64,000 bases of DNA from Prorocentrum cordatum (Eukaryota): assembly GCA_963575745.1 (NCBI GenBank), contig CAUYUJ010000181.1, positions 434,001 through 498,000 of the forward strand. Direction: 5' to 3'. The number at the start of each line of letters is the position of its first letter. Positions within the stretch are counted from its first letter, which is position 1. The notes under the pieces were generated by a model. That model did no database searches, had not been told where the DNA came from, and was given only the letters and a program-made list of their open reading frames with translations. Shown here one piece after another: positions 50,955-62,699 of the stretch. Made by a program: the position numbers and the translations under genes.

Positions 50955-51139
50955 CTGACAGGGGGGCCCCAGGGCCGGGGGGGGGACGGAGCGCGAGGGA
51001 GGGAGGCACGGGGGAGCGTGGGGGAAGGCAGCAGAACGGGGGGACGGAGGATCGAGGAGAGGCGGGGGGGAGGACGAGGCGAGGCTTTGACGGAGCAGGG
51101 AGGGACGGATGGAGGGGAGGATGAGAGGGGGGAGGGCGC

Positions 51140-51864
51140 CTGTGCGAGACGTGGGGCAGCAGCGCGGCCAGGGCGCGCTCTCTCCGCCGCCGCAGCCGCC
51201 CCATGGCCCACACCAGGCTCGCCAGGCACTCGGGGCGCAGCCGGGCCCCGCGGTCCGCGGCCTCGTGCAGTACGGCGTCCGCGGCCCCGCTGCCGCGCAT
51301 GCGGGCCGTCGCGGCCGCGCACACGACCCGCACCAGGGCCCGCGTCCCGAACGCGGCGGCCCTGGCGGCCGCAGCCTCCGCCACGGCCTCGACGACCTCG
51401 GGGCGCCCGAGCCGCGCGAACGCCTGCGCGAGCAGGGCGGCCTCTGGCGCTCCGAGCGTCGGGGCCGCACCCGCGGCGCCCGCCGCGACCGTGCTGGCGG
51501 CCGGCGAGCCGCTCAGGGACATGGCGCCCAGCGCGGCCGCCAGCCGCGCCAGGTCCTCGGCGGCCACGCTCCCGACCCTGTCCAGCAGCGCCCCGAGCTC
51601 CGCGGGCGGCGCGGCCCGGGCGTCCCAGGTGAAGCCCAGCTCCGCCGCCCGCCCCAGGCAGTCCGCGACGCCGCGGCCCTCGAGCTGCCGCGGGCTGGAC
51701 CGCACCGCGCCCCAGAGCTGCTCCAGGGTCGCGGGCGCCCGGGCGCCCCAGGGCGGCGCGGCGCGGGCAGCAGGCGCGGGAGGGCCGCGGCACGCGGGAG
51801 CCCAGCCCGAGGGGTCGAGGGGCGGGTCGGGGATCGAAGGGGGGGGTCGGGGATCTAGCGTCAT
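51140..51864 (-). CDS. Large 5' exon of a helical-repeat (OPR/RAP/RESC6-like) protein gene; 5' boundary uncertain
   Basis: Non-repetitive, GC3-rich frame ...LGAPEAALLAQAFARLGRPEVVEAVAEAAAARAAAFGTRALVRVVCAAATARMRG...LRPECLASLVWAMGRLRRRRERALAALLPHVSH. Ends CACAG|GC (phase 2) at 51140. The ATG at 51864 may or may not be the start. Confidence 0.8.
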
Positions 51865-52152
51865 CGGGTTGGAACGCTCCTGCTCCCACTCATCCTCCTG
51901 CTAGGCTTCCTCCTCCTCCTCCTCCTCCTCCTCCTCCTCCTCCTCCTCCTCCTCCTCCTCCTCCTCCTCCTGCTCCGCCATCCACGAACAGCATGACCAC
52001 CATTTCTTCAACTTCTTCCAGCATCGTCATCAGCAGCAACATCATCATCAGCAACATCTGCATCAGCAGCATCATCACCAGCACTAACATGAGCAGCATC
52101 TTCCTCCTCATCCTCATCCTCCTCATCCTCATCCTCATCCTCATCCTCATCC

Positions 52153-52203
<51 letters not shown>

Positions 52204-52522
52204 ACATCACCAGTATCAACATGAGCAGCAGCTGCATCATCATCATCATCATCATCAGCATCATCAGCATCATCAGCATCATCAGCATCATCAGCATCAT
52301 CATATTCATCAGCAGCATCAGCATCATCAGCATCATCAACAGCAACATCATAATCATCATCATCATCATCATCATCATCACCATCATCGCCATCATCAGC
52401 ATCATCATCGTCGCCAGCATAATCAGCATCATCAGCAGCAGCATCAGCAGACTCAACATCATCAATCATTAACTAATTGTCATACTCACCACAACAAGTG
52501 TCATTGTCAGCCTCACCATCAA

Positions 52523-52554
<32 letters not shown>

Positions 52555-52597
52555 GCATCAGCATCATCACCATCAGCATCAGCATCACCATCATCAC

Positions 52598-52669
<72 letters not shown>

Positions 52670-52674
<5 letters not shown>

Positions 52675-54685
52675 CGCGCGAGGCCGCGGCTCGCGACGAG
52701 GACCTCGAGCACGTGGCCAGCGGCGCAGCCGCCCGCGGCCTCCGGCGGCGGCCGCTCGCCGCCGAGGCGACCCCCCCGAGCAGCGGGCGCGGTGGTCCAG
52801 CGCCCGCAGCGCGGCCCCTCGGCGGGCTCCGGCAGGTGGCCCGCCGGGCCGCCCTCGGCCCGCCGCCGTGCCGCTCGGGAGCCTGCCCCGCGGGGCGCGG
52901 CGGCCGCGGCACGGCGCGGCACCTCGCCCGGAGGTGCCGCGCCCTTGCAGCGGAGAGGCGCGCCGCCATCGCGGGCGACGAGGTGCTGCAGGCCTTCGCC
53001 GACGCGGCCGAGGCGTCCGGCAGCGAGGACCCCCGCTGCCCGAGGGCGCTCGTTCCCCGACCGGGTGGCCGCCCTCCCGCCGCCGCTGGAGGCCGAGGAG
53101 GTGCGGTGGAGCAGCGGTCACGGCTACGCGGCCTTGGCGGGCGCCAGCGTCCTGTACACCGACGGCTCGGCGATGCACGGCAAGGCGGGGTCGCCCGAGG
53201 TGCGCGCTGGCTGGGGGCTCGCGGCGCTGCAGGTCCGCGGTGCAGCGCACGGCGCCTGGGGCTGCGTCCCCGCCCACCTGCCGCAGGACGCGAACGCGGG
53301 CGAGATCCTGGCTGCAGCCCGCGCCCTGCGCTGGGGCCTGCCAGGCGCGGACGGCATCCTCGAGATCAGGACGGACTGCAAGCTGCTCATGACGGGCTTC
53401 GCTGCGGGCAAGGCCTGGTGCTGTGCGTGGGACCGCCCGTACCTGGAGGTGTGGCGCGAGTTCTGGCAGGCCGTGGACGGCTTCGGCGGACAGCAGTGCG
53501 TGCGGGTCACCAAGGTGAAAGGGCACGCCACGCTCCGCTCGGTCCGCGACGGCTGCACCAGGATGGAAGACTACGAGGGCAACCACGCCGCGGACGGCTT
53601 CGCCAAGAAGGGCGCAGGGCTCCACCCCACGAGCGAGGCGGCGGTGGAGCGCATCGAACTGGCCGACGCGATCGCGGTGGCGACGGCCCGCTGGCTCGGC
53701 GAGGCGCTGCAGCTGGGGAGCGCCGCCCTCACGGCGGCCGACGGCGCGGACGCGGGCGCGGCGGAGTCCACCTGCTGCGGGCGCAGATGCGGGCGGCGGG
53801 GCGCCGCGCGCTGCCGTGACGGCGGGCCAGGCTGCAGACGCTGGCCCTGCGGCGCGCACGGCACGGCGGCCTCGGACGTGAGCGGGACGCGCTGGCTCTG
53901 CGACGCCTGCGCGGGCCGATCGGACGGCACGCCCGGCCCCGGTGGGCCGGCAGCGGCCATGGCGGGGAGCGCCACCGGTGGGCCGCCGGGGCCCCAGACG
54001 GCGGGGCGGAAGCGCCAGGCCCCTGGCCAGGAGGCGGATGCGCGGCGCGGCCGCGCGCGGACCACCGCGAGTGCGGGCCGACGAGGCGCCGAGGGCGCGG
54101 GAGCAGCCGCCGCAGCCGCGGTGGCAGCAGCGGCGCTGGCGGCCCAGGCCCGCGGAGGAGCCCAGCACGCCGACGGCGACGCGGAGGTGAGCGGCGAGGC
54201 TGCAGGCGCCGAGGGTGCGCAAGGCACCGAGGCGGCGGGCACCCGCGCCCGCGCTGGTGGAACGTGAACTTCGACGAGACGCACCGCCTCTGGTCGAAAG
54301 GCGAGGGGCCGCGCCGCCTCGTCTTCTGCGCGGTCTGCGGCTGCTACGCCGACGGCGCCCGCGTGGTCTCGCTCCGCGGCCCGTGCGCGGGCGGGGCCAG
54401 CGCCCGCAAGGACGCCGCGCTGAGGAGGATGCGGCAAGGGCGGCACCCCACGCGAGGGGGCGCTGGCGCCGAGCTCGGGGGCGGCCGCCCCGAACCGCTG
54501 AGGCGCCCGCGCAGCCGCTCGCGAGGGCGCGGCTCGGAGGCGGGAGGCCCGAGCCGCTGAGCGCTACAGAGCGCTCCCCTCCCCCCCCTCCCCTCCTCGG
54601 TGGGGCCTGAGGGCTCCGTGGGTGTGCACGAGAATTTATAACGGCTGCGCCGAGCACCGCTCCCAGACCGTAGTGGCCTTACCCG
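52670..54685 (+). mobile_element. 5'-truncated non-LTR (LINE-like) retrotransposon fragment with RNase H and Cys/His motifs
   Basis: RNase HI motifs YTDGS...AGWG...NAGEI...IRTDC...KVKGH...GNHAADGFAK. An upstream frame has C..C...HLARRC; a downstream frame has ETHRL...FCAVCG...LRGPC. Frameshifts near 53050 and 54260. (CAT)n/(CAC)n on both flanks. Confidence 0.85.
53146..53625 (+). CDS. Ribonuclease H type I domain of the retroelement
   Basis: All four acidic catalytic residues (D in TDGS, E in GEI, D in TDC, D in AAD) and the His of KVKGH lie in one open frame. Confidence 0.85.
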
Positions 54686-54686
<1 letters not shown>

Positions 54687-54782
<96 letters not shown>

Positions 54783-54886
54783 GCAGCATCATCCTCCTCC
54801 TCCTCCTCCTCCTCCTCCTCCTCCTCCTCCGCCTCCTCCTCCTCCTCCTCCTCCTCATCATCATCACACCATCACATCATCATTAG

Positions 54887-54918
<32 letters not shown>

Positions 54919-54967
54919 GCATCATCATCATCATCAACATGAACATCATCAGCATCCTCATCATCAT

Positions 54968-55001
<34 letters not shown>

Positions 55002-55483
55002 TGTATCATCATCATCTTTATCATCATCGGCATCATCATCATCATCATCATCAGCAACAGCAACAGCATCAGCATCATCATCAGCATCATCATCACACTT
55101 ATCGCCATCAACATAAGCATGCTAATCACAATCGCCATCACCATCAGCATCATCAGCATCACCATCATCATCAACATAAGCATCGGCATCGTGCTAATCA
55201 TCACCGGCAGCATCATCATAATCATCAACACTATCAGTCTCACCATCATCATCACCATCACTATATCCATCGCCATCACCATCACAATCACCATCAACAT
55301 TACCATCGTCATCACAATCAACCTCACCATCACCACCACCATCACCACCAACACAACCACCATCATCATCAGCATCAGCATCAGCATCGTCGTCGTCATC
55401 ATCATCAGCAGCACCGTCATCATCAGCATCATCATCACCACCACAACCACCATCATCATCATCATGATCATCATCATCATCAG

Positions 55484-55526
<43 letters not shown>

Positions 55527-55673
55527 GTCATCGTCATCGTCATCGTCGTCATCGTCATCATCATCACCATCGTCATCATAATCAGCATCATCATCACGAT
55601 CATCACTGCCATCATCACAAGCATCACCACCAACATCATCCTGAACAGCATCATCATCACTAACATTATCATT

Positions 55674-55746
<73 letters not shown>

Positions 55747-55750
55747 CTCC
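54687..55750 (+). repeat. Compound (CAT/CAG/CCT/CAC)n microsatellite; similar tracts at 3430-3860, 24993-25530, 33405-33520, 51908-52670, 60255-60625
   Basis: Direct inspection. These tracts produce the poly-His/Ile/Met/Asp ORFs in the track. Confidence 0.95.
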
Positions 55751-58700
55751 CAGTCCTCCTCCTCCTTCTCCTCTTCCCCCTCCTTGCTCCTCGTGATCCT
55801 TGTGCTCCTCCTCCTTTTCCTCCTCCTCGTCCTCATCCTCCTTCCTCTCCAGTCGTCCAGCTTTCGCTCGTCCTGCTCCCTGGGAGTCGGCGAGGGACGC
55901 GGGACTTGGCAGCGTGAGGGGAGAGAGAAGGATGGGGCGGGAGAGCGAGATGGAAGAGCAGCGCGCGGGTGAGAGGGAAGGAGAGCGCAGTGGCAAGGGG
56001 GCGGGGCAGTGGGAGGGAGAGGGTGTGCGCGAGGGGGATGCGGAAGGGGGAAGCGGGAGGGGCACGGGGGGAAGGAGGGTGGGGAGATTGAGAGCGAGAG
56101 GGGGAGGGATGGGGGATGGGGCAGGGGGGACGCGGAGGCTCCTCCTCCTCCTCCTCCTCATCATCATCATCCTTCTCCTTCTCCTCCACCTCCTTCTTCT
56201 CCTCCTCCTCCTGCTCCTCCTCCTCCTGCTCCTCCTCCTCCTCCTCCTCCTCCTCCCACTACTCCACTTCCTGATCGGACGATCTCGAAGCGTCTCATAT
56301 CGTGGTCCTGCCCGTCACTATCCAGGCTCTGCTTCGCCCACGGCGCAAGTGTGCTCAAAGCATCAGCGGGGGCCTCATCGCAGAGCCGCGTGGGCGCATT
56401 CAGCGACTCAACCAAGAAAGATCCCCCTCTTCTGAGGGACACAGCGGTACCGAGGCCGCTACTCCCATGGCCTCTCAAGGGGTGGTTTTTGCTCAGAGCT
56501 TCCATGCAAATCCAGCCAGGGCGAAAAGGGGGTGGCGGTTTGAGGCGACCGGGGGGTCTGCGCTGGATGCGCCCCGAGAAAACCAATCAAGAGGGGGGAT
56601 GTGGGCAAATCCCTTCAACATCGAATCCCGGACCCCTCCCATGGGTTCATCCGGGCCAGCCGTTCACTCCAGATCGATTCCCGGCGGTCCTGTGCCCGAA
56701 GACAGCCCCCAGACACCGAACACAAGTAGTGCTGGGCCATCTCAGCCCCCCAGGTGGCTCCAAGGTAGCGGTATCGGTATCTTCTTCCTCCTCTGATCCC
56801 CCCCGCCGAGGTAACGTGGCAAGCACTAGAGGCATCCTAGGTAGGGCCCGAGCAAACTGGGGGTGGAGGACTCCGCCGCATCGCCGACGCCTCGCCGACG
56901 CATCGCCGATGCATGGGCGATGCATCGGCGACGTCGGCGTGGACGAACCTTGGCTCCACATCGACCGCGTCGGCGATGCATCGGCGATGCGGCGCGATCA
57001 TCCGACCCCATCTCCTCGGTCGCCACTCAGGAGGCCTGGACCTGACCCCCCCCCGCGGAATTAGATCTGAGCCTCTCATCTGGGAGGCCCAGACCTGCGG
57101 CCCCATCTACTCCGACTCCACCTGGGACCCCGTCTACGGTCGAGAATTGCTGCATAGCCTGTCTCCGCGGTGGCCCCGGCGACACGCTATGCCCTGCAAG
57201 CGGATAGAGTGTCGCTCCGCTCCGCGGGACGGGAGGCTCGGAATGGCTCGGGACATTGGCGCCTCTGGATAATGTGCCGCGCCGAACCGTGGTGGGCCAG
57301 AACTGGCGCAGCGGCACGCCATCCAAAAATTTCCGACCGCACCCCGACGCCGTCCAGGCCCCCATCTACTCCGATGCGCAAGACGCAGCCCGCAGCGTGT
57401 TGACACGGAGCACAACACGGAGCTTGCAAACTCCACGTCTGGCGTGACGCGCTCGCCACAACGTGGGCCAGCACGCCGAACCAACACGCAGCGTGTTCAC
57501 ACGGGCGACTCGAACACGGCACGTGCTGAATTCTAAAACGGGCGTACCAGGGCAGCTGAGGCCAGGGAGCACACAAAAGACGTACGCGACCACGCACGTA
57601 CATGAACACGGCCCACCAATCCATGAGACTGGCCGCAGAATACGAAAGCTCGCACAGTGCGTACTCTCGACACAAGCGTGGATCCATGTACGTGTGCGTC
57701 CCTCTCTCGCTCCTGAAAGACTCCCGCCCCCTTCTGGTGGGGAAGCCAAAAGGTACCGATACCGCTACTCCCCGGGCCTCTCCCGGGGTGCGTTCTGACC
57801 AAGATTTCGCGGCGAATCCAGCGGCGGCGACGAGGGCCTCCCAGGATGCCCAAAAAACAAGGGAAACGAGCGAAGGGTAGAGGCATGGGTACCTCTTCCT
57901 CCTTCGATCTATCTGGCGCCCCCGCCGATGAAACAAAGCGAGGCGGAGCACGACCTTCTTGGGCTGTCTCGGGGCCATCTTGGGCCGTCCTGGGGCCCTC
58001 TTGGGGATGCTTCGTGGGCCGCCTTTGGGGAACGCCATCAACTGTCAGAAGCTGCAGGAAACTCAGACACTTCTGCCTCTGTGGGCCCTCTTGGGAGTTC
58101 TCTTGGAGGCCTCTCGGGGCGCCCCCCGCTTTGGACGCCCGAAATGGGTACGGAAAAAATGGGTACAATGCCCAACAGCAAATGTTGTCCCGATCCAGCA
58201 GCGGCCGCTGTTGCGCAGGCGGCCCTCTGTCTCAAATAGACGCAGGCCGCGGCGGTGCGGACAGCGAGGCCTGTTCAAAGGAACAAGAACTGCGGTTGGG
58301 CACTGTACCCATTCCTTCCGCACCCGTGTCTTGGGCGCCCGAGTTATCCGGGGTAACTCGGTTCCGGGGTAACTCGGGTTTGGATTCCCGAAAAAGGAAC
58401 CCGAGTTATCCCTGACCCGAGTTACCCCTGATGATTCGGGGCTCTGGACGCCCGAGTTATCCGGGGTAACTCGGGTCCGGGGTAACTCGGGTTTGGATTC
58501 CCGAAAAACGCACCCGAGTTATCCCTGACCCGAGTTACCCCTGATGATTCGGGGCTCTGAGTCGGTCGTCCCGACACCGCGGGTGGACTCCCGCCCGCCG
58601 CGCGCTCGGCGGCCGCGGCCGCCGCGCCGCACGGGGCGCGCAGCGCTGCCCCCGCGGCGCACGGCCGCGCGGCGGGCCGCCGCGCGGCCAGGGCGCGCGC

Positions 58701-61700
58701 CGCCGCCCGCCGAGCAGCATCGCGGGGCGGCGCGCTCGGCCCGGGCCTCCGACGACGCGGCTCGTCCCGGCCATCCTGAGGTGCCCAGAGCCCTCGGGGC
58801 CACGGGAGGAGGAGGAGGAGGAGGAGGAGGAGGAGGAGAAGGAGGAGGGGGAGGAGAGGGAGGAGGAGGAGGAGGAGGACGAGGAGGAGGAGGAGGAGGA
58901 GGAGGAGGAGGAGAAAACACGACGGCAGATGTCTTATCTATATGTTCGGCCTCCGGGGTCCCTCGCCGGGTCTCGGGACCGTCCAGAGACGACTCGGGAC
59001 GAAGAAAGAGCGGGTCCCAGGGAGTGGGTCGACAGCTGTGGGGCAGACGCTGTGAGCAAAAACATGGCGTCAGGGGACTGGGGTGTTGGTTCCTCGTTTT
59101 GAAATGACAGCGCCCGCGTCTCCTCCTCCTCCTCCTCCTCCTGCTCCTGCTCCTGCTCCTCCGCCTCCTCCTCCGCCTCCTTCTCCTTCTCCTCCTCCTC
59201 CTCCTCTTCTCCTCTCCTCTCCTCCTCCCTCGTCCCTCCTCCCTCCCCCTATACCTGCCTCTGCCCTCCGCGCGCACTTGTCAGAACACCCCTCACACGT
59301 GGCCCCATAGGGAGCTCCACTGAAAAACAGATTCACAAGCGCGGTACTCCCAACTGCAGATGGTTGGGTCCTTCGCCAAAACTGCTTCAATCCAAGCGTC
59401 TCTCATCTACGTCGGCCCTTCGGAAGCCGCTCCCGAGCCCCAGGGCCGTCAAACATGGATCCCCGATCAAAACTTGGCCTCTGAAGGGGTCGGGACCTCT
59501 GGAGCCGCCCCTTGAACAAATGATATCGTCAGGTGTCTGGATCGTCTGCGCGCAAAAAGGACCCTAGGCAAGAGTGGCCAATGGTGCGCGACTTTCCGAC
59601 CGTGAGCGGCGGTGCGGCGTGCTTGGCTTTGCCCCCCCCCTGCAAAACCGGCGAGCCGCGCACTGAAGGTCCCTCCGGCGAAAGGCCACTCTCACGTATA
59701 GCCTGAGGTCAGGCGTGCCCCCCTACATGCGGATTTTGGGCGAAACATGGAACAGTCTCAACCAATATGCAAAAATACGCAAACATACCACAAATCCTCT
59801 CATTACTACTTTTTCGCTATTTTTGAATGTTCCTCCTGCAGAAGGACGCGTCCGACTTGCGCATCGCCGCCTGGATGTGCGCGCGCCGGGTGCCGCACGC
59901 GTGCACGCGCCGCGCCCCTTTGCGCTGGCGCGCGCCGCGCCGCAACGCCGAGGGGGGGCGCCCGCGAGGCGAGCGGTGCAGATCGAAAACGTGCGGCGCC
60001 AGCCCGCCCGCCGGCCGCCGAAGTAGCACTGGGCGGGCCACACGCGCGCGTCTCCGCGCGCGCAGGTAGAAGCCCTTCCAAAACCGCACTGGTGCCAAGA
60101 GCAGGTCAAAGCAGATGTGTTGACACGTGCAGGGTCCGTGTGGCTTCGTCACGGAAGGATGCCAGGCTGTCGAATGCCTGAGGGCGTGCGCCTCCTGATC
60201 ATCCTCATCTGCAAGATGGCCAGCATTATCGCAAGCCTCATCGTTGGCATCGCGCTCGCCATGATCATCATCATCAGCGACAACATCATCATCATCAGCA
60301 ACATCATCATCACCATCGGCATATTCAACATAATCATCATCGACATCATCATCATCAGCATCATCATCACCATCACCATCACCATCACCATCACCATCAC
60401 CATCACCATCACCATCATATGTATAATCGTCCTCTTCATCATCATCAGCATCGCCAACATCATCACCATCGTGTCAGCATTGTGAATGTTATCACTGTCG
60501 ATCATCACCATCAGCTTCATCACCATCACCATCACCATCAACATCATCGACATCATCCCCACCGTCGTCATACATACATATACATGTGTGTATATATACA
60601 CCGTCATCGTCATCGTCATCGTCGTTTTCGCCGCCCAGTTGGGTGTTCCCACCAATTTGCGAGCGGGCGGGGTGTGATGCTTGCACGAACGTTGGAGGGG
60701 GTCACGTGCGGATACGAGCATTAATTGCTCCACATAATATGTAACACATGTGGCTTACATCAAGAATACACAAACGTACAATGTTTGGACCCATGCTGGC
60801 CCATAACCATACACAAGTCCATGTGAAACACATGACACAAGCGGAAGCTTCCAGAGCATTGGATGCCAGTCCGCCAGTTCGCGACGCGCCCCAAGGCGAA
60901 CTCTTGGATCCCGGAAGCAGGAGGGCGCAGAATCCCCACGAAGACCCGAGGCCCCCCCGACGCCCCCCCCCTCTCCAGCGACGGACGGGCGAGCCCTGCA
61001 TGCTGCCGCGGCAGGAGCACGCGAGCGACGACCCGAAGCGGGCCCCAGGCGGGAGGACGCAGCGACCCCGCGCTGCGGCTCACGAGGGCCAGCGGCGCAG
61101 AAAACCCCAACTCTGGAAGCGAGGGCGCTCACGCGCAGCCCGATGCGGGCAGCCTGCGCGCGGAGACGCGTGCAGTCGAGCCCGCCTCTCTCCGCTACAC
61201 GCTTTCCGTCGGCAGCGAGGCGGGACGATGCGCGCCAGCGTGGCGGCGATGCAGGGGCACTACACAGCGAATTGGCCGGCACGCAGGAGGAGGGAAGGGA
61301 AAGAAAGGGCCCACCTCTTTCGGCTGCACGCAAAGAGCGACCCCAACGCAAGAGAAAAGCGACCTCAGGTGCGCGACTCTCTCGGGGGCCCGCCGGGAGT
61401 CCCAGGCGACGAGCGCGCACGACGCTGCCACCGCAGCGCCTTCGGCCACCCGGGGGCCCCTCCTCCTCCTCCTCCTCCTCCTCCTCCTCCTCCTCCTCCT
61501 CCTCCTCCTCCTCCTCCTCCCTCCTCCCAGACCTCCCCCCTTCTCCTCCTCCTCCTCCTCCGAGTGTCCCCGCACCACAGGCCACTCCGGCGAGAGGAGG
61601 AGGAGGAGGGGGAGGAGGAGGAGGAGGAGGAGGAGGAGGAGGAAGAGGAGGAGGAGGAGAAGGAGGCGGAAGACGACGACGAGGACCCCTGAGCAGGCGC

Positions 61701-62699
61701 GACGAAAGGTCTCACCGCCGGCCGCCGCGCCTCGGCGAGGGTACCCGCCGGCCCCGCCCGGCAAAGCGGGGCAGGCCTCGCGGGGCGCCAGGCTACAACC
61801 TCCCCCCCTCACTCCCTCCCTCCTTTCCCTCCCTCCCTCCCTCCCTCCCTCCCTCGCGGGCCCATGCTGCGGCCTTCCTGCCTCCCTCCGAGACTCTCTC
61901 GAGTCCTGGCAAAAATCACGACTGGAGACGCTTTGCTACGTGCGGCCTCTGGGGGGCCTGACTAGCCCTCGGGACCGTCAGAGAACGGTTAGGGAGGAAG
62001 AGCTGGTCTTGGGGAGACAGTGTGCTCCCCCCGGTTCTCGGGGTGAGTCTTCGACAGCGGCGCGCAGACTGCTGCAATGCAGGGTCCGACTGACCTGGGT
62101 CCCCTCCTCCCTCCTCGCCCGAATTGCGGCCTTCTCCTGCTCCTCCTCTTCCCTCTCTCTCAACACTATCTCTCTTCCCTCTCTTCCTGCTCCTGCTCCT
62201 GCTCCTGCGCCTCCTCTTCCTCCTCCTCCTCCTCCTTCCCCTCCTCCTCCTCCTCCTCCTCCTCCTCCTCCTCCTCCTCCTCTTCTAGATTGCGGCCTCC
62301 TCCTCCTCCTCCTCCTCCTCCTCCTCCTCCTCCTGCTCCTCCTCCTCCTCCTGCTCACTGCGACGCTGACGTGGGCTCCCTCCGGCATGCGGCTTGGCCG
62401 GGCTGCCTGCGGCGAAGCTGCGGCGCTGGAGAGTTGCGATCTCCCCGGCCGCGTCCGTCTGGCAGAGCCGCGCGGCAGCACCCGGACGGAGTGACGCAAG
62501 TTTTTGTTGTTAGGAGGAGGAGGAGGAGGAGGAGGAGGAGGAGGAGGAGGAGGAGGAGGAGGAGAGGAGGAGGAGGAGGAGGAGGAGGAGGAGGAGGAGG
62601 AGGAGGAGGAGGAGGAGGAGAGGAGGAGGAGGAGGAGGAGGGAGGGGGAGGAGGAGGAGGAGGAGGAGGAGGAGGAGGAGGAGGAGGAGGAGGAGGAGG

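Noticed and set aside
52477..54267. Standalone cellular RNase H1 gene of 596 aa
   Set aside because: The N-terminus is microsatellite, neighbouring motifs lie in shifted frames, it has no introns, and decayed relatives are nearby. A retroelement fragment fits better.
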